Shown: piece after piece, positions 1-7,390 of the stretch | Layout: every line of letters begins with the position of its first letter | Position numbering within the stretch: position 1 is the stretch's first letter | From: Fonticula alba ATCC 38817 | Taxonomy: Eukaryota; Protista; Nucleariida | Reading direction: 5' to 3' (one strand) | Length of the DNA: 14,776 bases | NCBI GenBank assembly: GCA_000388065.2 | Contig: KB932202.1 | The notes under the pieces: generated by a model | Told to the model about the DNA's origin: nothing | The model's database searches: none | What the model saw: the letters and a program-made list of their open reading frames with translations, nothing else | Made by a program: the position numbers and the translations under genes

Positions 1-64
1 CCCCCCCCCATGCCTCGCTCTCCCTCCTTCTGACAATGCGCATGCGCTGCCATCCATCTCGTAG
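1..64 (+). other. 3' part of a PAN3 intron (partial)
   Basis: Pyrimidine-rich, CTGAC branch point at 30-34, first downstream AG (TAG, 62-64) puts the exon in the frame of the Pan3 motif. Confidence 0.75.
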
Positions 65-357
65 ACTTCGAACTCGTCGGCGACTCGAAACTCGACCAGG
101 CCCAGGCCCACATCGCCCGCTGGCAGTCTCTTGCATCGGTTTCCGGACTGGTGGCCCTGCGGGAGGTGTTTGCCACCGACGACTTCGGCGACAGCTGTAC
201 GTACCCGCCCCGGGCACCCTCCAGCCCGGCAGGAACCCGCCCCCGGCTCTCCCCCTCCCTTTGCTGGTCTGACCTCCCCTCGACCCACTGCCTCTCTGTG
301 GTCTCCCATCCATCGCTCTGCCGGCCCTCCTCTCCTACTCCCCCCCCCCACTCTCCC

Positions 358-391
<34 letters not shown>

Positions 392-2173
392 CTCGCTCGG
401 CTCGGCTCGGCCGCTGCAGCCCTCATTGTGGTGTTCGACTTCTGCCCCCTGGCGACCACCCTGCTGGACGCCTACAACCTGGTGCCGATGTCCGCGCGCC
501 GGCACCCGTCGCAGCGCTTCGCCGCCGGGGACATCGACGCGGAATTGGAACACTGCGACGTGTATGCCGTGCCGGAGTCCACGGTGTGGGCCTTTGCCGT
601 GCAGCTGGCCGGGGTCCTGCGGTCGGTGCATGCGGCCGGCCTGGCCCTCGGGCCGGCGGCCCTCAATGTCCGCAAGGTCATGGTCGTCGGGCAAAACCGC
701 CTCCGCGTGGGCTTCGCCGGCATCAGGGACATGCTGCGGCCGCTGCTGGACGATGCCCCAACCCCGGGGGGGGCCGGCCACACCTCGGCCGGGGACTTCC
801 AATCGCTGGCCGTGCTCCTGGCGTCCCTCTGCTCGGGGCTCGAGCTGACCGATCCCAACTGCCCGGTCAATGGCCAGGATGCCGGATCGCAGTTCGACTT
901 CGCCATCCACTTCCTCCGGTCCTTCGAGCACTTCAGCGCCGAGCTGCTGGACTTCATCGGCTGGCTGTATGCTCGCGGCCCGGTGGCCGATCGGGGCGCC
1001 GCGTCGCCCAGCCCGGCGCCCCCGCGCCTGGCGGCCGATGTCCTGCTGGCCCGGCTGGCCCCGCACCTGGCCTCGGTGCTGGACTCGGCCCTGGCATACA
1101 CCGACGCCCTGGAGGACTCCCTGGCCCGGGAGTTGGAAAATGGCCGGCTCATGCGGCTGCTGTGCAAGCTGTGCTTCGTGGCGCCGCCCGCCTCGTGCCC
1201 CTGTGTGGCGGTGGCCCTGCCGACCACGCGCAGCATGGTCCCCTTCCGCCCGGGCCCGGCGGCTCCCCCGGCCCCGGCCGACCATCCCCTGCGTGATGCC
1301 ATGGCCGCCCAGCAGCAGGCCCAGGCGGCCGCCACCGCGGCCGCAGCCGCCGCCGCCGCCGCCGCCACCGCCACCAGCTCCCCGGTGCTGGCCTTGAACT
1401 CGGGTCCGGCCTCGGCGGCCTCCTCGGTGCCGGCCTCGCCGGTGCTGGGCACCATCTCCAGCCACCTGCCGGCCGGTGCGTCGGACCACCCGGCTGACGC
1501 CCTTGCCGGCATGGTCGTCCACCCGGCCGAAGCAGCGCCGCCCCTCACCGAGGGAGGCGATGTGGCTGGCGCCGCCGCCGCCGGCACCGCCACCGCCGGC
1601 ACCGCCACCGCTGCGGCTGCAACCCCGGCGCCGGTCCACCCCCCGGCGACTCCCCTGCCACCGGTGGCCCAGCTGGGGTCCAACTTGCTGATTCGCATGT
1701 TCCAGGATCTGCTCTTCCGCCAGGCCCCGGTGGGCCTGGAGCTGGCGCGCCCCAGCGAGGCATTCCCCCGGGGGGCTTTCGCTCGGGAGGGCGTCCCCGC
1801 TGGCGATGGCGCGTCTGGCTCCAGGGCGGCCCCGGCTGCCGGTCTGACCGGCGCCTCGCTCCTGCCCTCGCTCGGCGGGGACACCCCCTCGCTGAACCTT
1901 TCACATATCATCCACCACCTGAACCGCCTGGACGTCGGGCACCCGGAGCGCCTGGTCCTGGCATCGCCGGATGTCGTGGCCACCGGCGGCCCGGTCCGGC
2001 CCGCCTCGCTGGCCGGCCCGCCCTCCGACACGCTGCTCTACCCGTCGTATGCCGAGCTGAAGGCCGCCATCCAGGCGGCCTATGTGGACCTGCTGCTTCT
2101 GCGATCGGCCGCCGCCACGGCCGACTACGAGCAGATGGCCTCGGGCGGCGGCCCGGGTGGTGTGGCGTCCTGA
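65..2173 (+). CDS. PAN3: PAN2-PAN3 deadenylase subunit PAN3, 5'-partial; join(65..196,420..2173); pseudokinase C-lobe, coiled coil and C-terminal knob
   Basis: The spliced translation gives LVALREVFATDDFGDS|SLIVVFDFCP, matching the Pan3 LREVFTT-x-F-x-D-x-SL-x-F-x-DF motif. It continues with VPESTVWAFAVQL, SLARELENGRLMRLLCKL, LLIRMFQDLLFRQ and LNLSHIIHHLNRLDVG...SYAELK, all collinear with the Pan3 C-terminus as I recall it. The phase-1 intron 197-419 joins the two frames exactly. Upstream exons lie outside the window. Confidence 0.92.
197..419 (+). other. PAN3 intron, 223 nt, phase 1
   Basis: GTACGT donor, CTGAC at 269-273, no AG until CAG at 417-419. Removal restores FGDSSLIVVFDF. Confidence 0.92.
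361..389 (+). repeat. (AC)14 microsatellite inside the PAN3 intron
   Basis: Read directly from sequence. Confidence 0.97.
1327..1375 (+). repeat. Imperfect GCC triplet repeat encoding an Ala-rich tract in Pan3
   Basis: gcggccgccaccgcggccgcagccgccgccgccgccgccgccaccgcc, translating to AAATAAAAAAAAAATAT. Confidence 0.85.
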
Positions 2174-2226
2174 TGCTGCGCTCCCACCCCCGCCCCCAGT
2201 GCCCGGTCTGGATCTCGTGCATGTAC

Positions 2227-2251
2227 GTGTGTGTGTGTGTGTGTGTGTGTG
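2227..2251 (+). repeat. (GT)n microsatellite running into an assembly gap
   Basis: Read directly from sequence. Confidence 0.97.
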
Positions 2252-2541
2252 NNNNNNNNNNNNNNNNNNNNNNNNNNNNNNNNNNNNNNNNNNNNNNNNN
2301 NNNNNNNNNNNNNNNNNNNNNNNNNNNNNNNNNNNNNNNNNNNNNNNNNNNNNNNNNNNNNNNNNNNNNNNNNNNNNNNNNNNNNNNNNNNNNNNNNNNN
2401 NNNNNNNNNNNNNNNNNNNNNNNNNNNNNNNNNNNNNNNNNNNNNNNNNNNNNNNNNNNNNNNNNNNNNNNNNNNNNNNNNNNNNNNNNNNNNNNNNNNN
2501 NNNNNNNNNNNNNNNNNNNNNNNNNNNNNNNNNNNNNNNNN
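2252..2541. other. Assembly gap (290 N)
   Basis: Run of N. Confidence 1.
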
Positions 2542-3206
2542 CACCCCACCCGCCCTATCTCCTTTCCTTCCCCTGCCCTTCTCCCCGGTCTGCACCCCCG
2601 TTCTGAGAACCCCCACAGGGTTCCGAGGCCCTTGCCATCGCCGTGCTCTTGCCCCTCCTCGCTCCCCGTCCTCTCGAGGACGGAGGAACGGTCGGCCTGC
2701 CCGGCGATCGAGTGCCCGGGACCCTGCGTGCGCGCGAGTCCGAATGGCACCGTGGTGCGTCCCCCCCTTCCCCCTCTCCTCTCCTCCCACCGAGCCCCCC
2801 CCCCCCTTCCCCATGCCCGTGTGTGCGTGTGTACACGCCGCATACATGCCCGTGCGCATGGGCATGCACGCGTGTCTTCCCCCGCTCCCCCCACCCCCAC
2901 CCCCGGCCGGGGGAGGGCTGAGACGACCCGTCGGAGGGACCGAGAGCGAGAGCGGGGACTGGGCGGCCCGCGAGATCCCCGCGCATGGGCTCCCTTCCGC
3001 CCTCCTTGTGCCGCACTTCCCGCCAGGGGGCGTGTCCCCATGCCCCGGCGGGCAGGTCGCCGTGCAGAGGGGGGGCATGGGCACCCGCGCGCGGCCGCGT
3101 CGCCCCACCCCCAAATCGAAACGACATACAATACAGAAAATAGGAATACCCCCCATGCGCGCGACCGGCGAGAAGAGGCCGGCGGCAGGCAAGCAGGCCA
3201 GCCGTC

Positions 3207-3209
<3 letters not shown>

Positions 3210-3261
<52 letters not shown>

Positions 3262-3277
3262 GTGTGTGCGTGTGCGT
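3210..3277 (+). repeat. (GT)n/(GTGC) compound microsatellite
   Basis: Read directly from sequence. Confidence 0.97.
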
Positions 3278-3741
3278 CCGTCGTTTGTGCTGAGCCTGGG
3301 CCGCGATTTCGCAGACTCGGCCCGTGTTTGGAGGAGCGACGCCCACAGAGGGGAATGGGCCGGGCCGGTTAATCTGTGCTCGCCCTGCGGAGAGAACACG
3401 GGGCGGGAGAGTGGGAGGGGGCTTTCCGCCGTGCGGTCCGTTCGGGCCCTCTCGCCATCCGGCCTGTTGGACTTTTGGCGCGTCGTGGTACGTGCGAGGG
3501 CCCGATCGGGACACGGGCCGCGACACGGCCCCGGCCGCTGTGAGTCTCCAATCGCAGCACATGGGCGCTGGACCTGGGGAGGACCAGCCCCCGATCGACC
3601 CCAGAGCTCGGCAGGGCCGCCGGTGTCCGGCCACAGAACGGCCCGCGGCAAAGGAAGACCCTCCCGCCTCGGGACAGCCTCCAGCCCCCGGCCCCTAGAC
3701 TCTACCGTGACAGCGTACCGGCCGCGGAGACGGGGGGCCGT

Positions 3742-3761
3742 AAAAAAAAAGAATAAAAAAA
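3742..3761. promoter_or_regulatory. Poly(dA) tract containing AATAAA; either a PAN3 poly(A) signal or a nucleosome-excluding element upstream of RPN2
   Basis: aaaaaaaaagaataaaaaaa in a strongly GC-rich background. Function is inferred. Confidence 0.35.
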
Positions 3762-3984
3762 CACCGCAGGCCGGCAGCCGGGGGATTCTTCCAGACACCG
3801 CGCAAGGGGGCGGGGGGACGGGCGCCGGCTCGCGCACACACAGGCGCCCCGCGCGCCCGCGGCCCAGCGAAATTAAACTGTCATATCCCGCCGCTGCGCC
3901 GGGCCGCTGCCGCCGCTCCTTCTGGAAGCATCACCCGTTGGGCGGACGCGCACACGCACGCGCGCACACGCACTATCCTCCCCC

Positions 3985-4920
3985 NNNNNNNNNNNNNNNN
4001 NNNNNNNNNNNNNNNNNNNNNNNNNNNNNNNNNNNNNNNNNNNNNNNNNNNNNNNNNNNNNNNNNNNNNNNNNNNNNNNNNNNNNNNNNNNNNNNNNNNN
4101 NNNNNNNNNNNNNNNNNNNNNNNNNNNNNNNNNNNNNNNNNNNNNNNNNNNNNNNNNNNNNNNNNNNNNNNNNNNNNNNNNNNNNNNNNNNNNNNNNNNN
4201 NNNNNNNNNNNNNNNNNNNNNNNNNNNNNNNNNNNNNNNNNNNNNNNNNNNNNNNNNNNNNNNNNNNNNNNNNNNNNNNNNNNNNNNNNNNNNNNNNNNN
4301 NNNNNNNNNNNNNNNNNNNNNNNNNNNNNNNNNNNNNNNNNNNNNNNNNNNNNNNNNNNNNNNNNNNNNNNNNNNNNNNNNNNNNNNNNNNNNNNNNNNN
4401 NNNNNNNNNNNNNNNNNNNNNNNNNNNNNNNNNNNNNNNNNNNNNNNNNNNNNNNNNNNNNNNNNNNNNNNNNNNNNNNNNNNNNNNNNNNNNNNNNNNN
4501 NNNNNNNNNNNNNNNNNNNNNNNNNNNNNNNNNNNNNNNNNNNNNNNNNNNNNNNNNNNNNNNNNNNNNNNNNNNNNNNNNNNNNNNNNNNNNNNNNNNN
4601 NNNNNNNNNNNNNNNNNNNNNNNNNNNNNNNNNNNNNNNNNNNNNNNNNNNNNNNNNNNNNNNNNNNNNNNNNNNNNNNNNNNNNNNNNNNNNNNNNNNN
4701 NNNNNNNNNNNNNNNNNNNNNNNNNNNNNNNNNNNNNNNNNNNNNNNNNNNNNNNNNNNNNNNNNNNNNNNNNNNNNNNNNNNNNNNNNNNNNNNNNNNN
4801 NNNNNNNNNNNNNNNNNNNNNNNNNNNNNNNNNNNNNNNNNNNNNNNNNNNNNNNNNNNNNNNNNNNNNNNNNNNNNNNNNNNNNNNNNNNNNNNNNNNN
4901 NNNNNNNNNNNNNNNNNNNN
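3985..4920. other. Assembly gap (936 N), probably containing RPN2 exon 1
   Basis: Run of N flanked by poly-C. The first visible RPN2 exon starts in phase 1 with no start codon. Confidence 0.95.
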
Positions 4921-4937
4921 CCCCCCCCCCCCCCCAG

Positions 4938-6238
4938 AGGGACTCCTGTCCATGCTGGACGAGGACAACCACAGCCTCCAGCTGATGTGCCTCACCCAGC
5001 TGAGCCAGATCGTCGACGTCAACTGGGTCGAGATGTCGGAGTCCATTTCCAAGATGTCCGTTTGGGCCGCCCCGCGCGCATGCCGGCCTCTCGCCCTGTC
5101 GCCCCCTCGCTCTCTCGTTCTCTCTCTCTCTCTCCTGCCGCCCCGCATGCCACTCACACCTCTCCCCTCCAACACGCGCGCGCACGCACAACAGCGAGCA
5201 GCTCTTCGAGGACCAGGCCTTCCCCGACCGCGAGCTCGCCGCTCTGGTCCTCTCCAAGCTGTACTACCACCTGGGCGAGTCGAGCGACTCTCTCTTCTTC
5301 GCCATCAAGGCCGGCTCCAAGCTGGACTTCACCAAGCGCGATGGCTACACCACCTCCATCCTCAGTGCGTGGGCTGGCCCTGCCGCTTCCCCCTCCCCCC
5401 TCTCCTGGGCGCCTGCCCCGACACCGACACTCATGCGCCCCCCTCGCTCCCCCAGTCTCCGCCATCGACACCTACATCCAGCTGCGCCCGGAGGCCGCTG
5501 ATCGCGAGGCCACCGGCCAGGACCCCGAGGCTCCGCGCTTCTTCCCGGCGCAGGTCGACGCCGCCGGCATGTATGCCCTGTCCTTCGAGGACCTGGAGCC
5601 CACCATGAACCGCATCTTCGCCGACAGCATCCGCCTGGGCCGCTACGCCGAGGTATGCCCCCGGGCGCCGCCTGACATGGCACTTGCCGCTGCTTCGCCT
5701 TGGCCATCACTAACCCCGGTGTCCGCCTCCCCCCCCCCCTACCCAAGGTCATCGGCGTTGCCCTGGAGTCCAACCGCACGGACATCATCCAGCAGGCCCT
5801 GGCCGCCGACCCGGCCCAGACGCTGGAGCTGGCGCGCTACGCCTTCCGGAGCTGCTCGCATCAGAGCGGCGCCGGGCGCGCCCTGCGCCACACGGTCTAC
5901 GGGCTGATCCGCGACGCGCTGCTGGCCCTCCCCCAGCCGGACTACGAGCTGGTCTTCGCCTGCCTGGTGCGCCTCGGCGACCGGCGCAACGCCCTGGACC
6001 TGCTTACCGGGCTGCTGGGCGCCGACCGGCCCGACGTGCCGGCCATCCTGCAGCTCTGCTTCGACCTCTATGACAGCGCCCCGCAGGACCTCCTCGGGTA
6101 CCTGGTGGCCGGCATCTCCAGGCACTTTGCCCTCGAGGACAAGCCGCTGGTCACCTACTGCACTGTGCGTCGGGGCCAGCCCCCTCCTCGGTCTCCGCTG
6201 TCTGTTTTCCCGGTAACCGGGCCGTCCACCTGCTGACA

Positions 6239-6290
<52 letters not shown>

Positions 6291-7357
6291 CACGCACACA
6301 CGCACACGCACAGAGCATGAAGACCGCCCAGGCCGACGACGGCACCCACATCCCGGCCCCCTTCGAGTTTGCCTCGCTCCCGCTGCCGGCCAAGGCCCGG
6401 CTCATCCTGTCCGGCATGTGCACCAACCGCCTGAACCAGGCGTTCCTGCTGCACCGGTGCAACATGGACCGCGCGGCCCTGGACAAGACCCGCGAGAAGA
6501 TGGAGCAGCGCCCGAAGGCCCTGCTGACGGCCGTCATCATGTCCCATGCCATTGCCGCGGCCGGCACCGCCCGCCAGGGGTTCCTCATCCGCAACCGGTT
6601 CTGGGTGGATGGGGTCATCAACTGGAACCGCTTCTCGGCGGTGGCCTCGCATGGTGTCCTCCACCGGGGCCGGCTGGACCAGGCCTTCCAGCTGCTGTCC
6701 CGGTGGCTGCCCTTCCCCAATGGCGGTCCCGGGCCCTCCTCCTCGGGCGGCAGCGGTGGCCGCGCCTCCAACAAGGTCCCGGAGCACGCCGAGGGCGGTG
6801 CCCTGTATGCGCTGGGTCTGATCCATACCAACCTCGGCCAGCCGGTGGTCGGGTACCTGCACGAGGCCTTCATGAATGCCGGCGAGTCGGAGCCCATCCT
6901 CCACGGCGCGGCCCTGGGCCTCGGCATTGCGGCCATGGGGTCGAAGGATGCCAGTGCGTTGTCGCCGGTCGCGGCCCCCCGCTGCGGGGCGCGGCCCGGC
7001 CCGGCTGTTCTGCGCCCCCTTTCTCCTCCGTCTCTCCGTCTCTCCGTCTCTGACTCTCTGTCCCCCTCGCGCGTCCCATGCGCACGCGCACCCGCCCCTC
7101 CCCACGCCCAGACCTTGCTAGCACCCTCATGGACCACCTCTACACCAACCAGGCGGTCTCAGGCGAGGCCGCCGCCCTGGCCCTGGGCATGATCATGCTG
7201 GGCTCCGGCGACCGGGAGATGGTCACCGACCTGGTGCGCACACACTGCCCCCTCGCCCCCTCGCCCCCTCGCCCCCTTCCACACGGTGGCTGCCAAGTGG
7301 CCCAGACACCCATGATGAAGACCACACAGCCCCCCTCCCCGTCGGCACCAACTCCCT

Positions 7358-7390
<33 letters not shown>

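Noticed and set aside
131-419. N-terminal part of the 680-aa ORF including HTHTHT
   Set aside because: It reads through an intron. The HT repeat is the translated (AC)n microsatellite.
335-2031. Long minus-strand ORFs 335..1639 and 472..2031, and plus-strand 151..1296 beyond its first exon
   Set aside because: Shadow ORFs of GC-rich PAN3 coding sequence with no recognisable motifs. Only 151-196 is real, as part of the PAN3 exon.
1908-5608. ORFs spanning N runs (e.g. 2231..5608, 2125..3837, 3881..5257)
   Set aside because: Artefacts of stop-free N gaps and GT/CA repeats.
7119-7121. Alternative TAG acceptor for the 6954 intron
   Set aside because: It shifts the frame. The CAG at 7109-7111 is the first AG after the branch point and gives the correct Rpn2 alignment.
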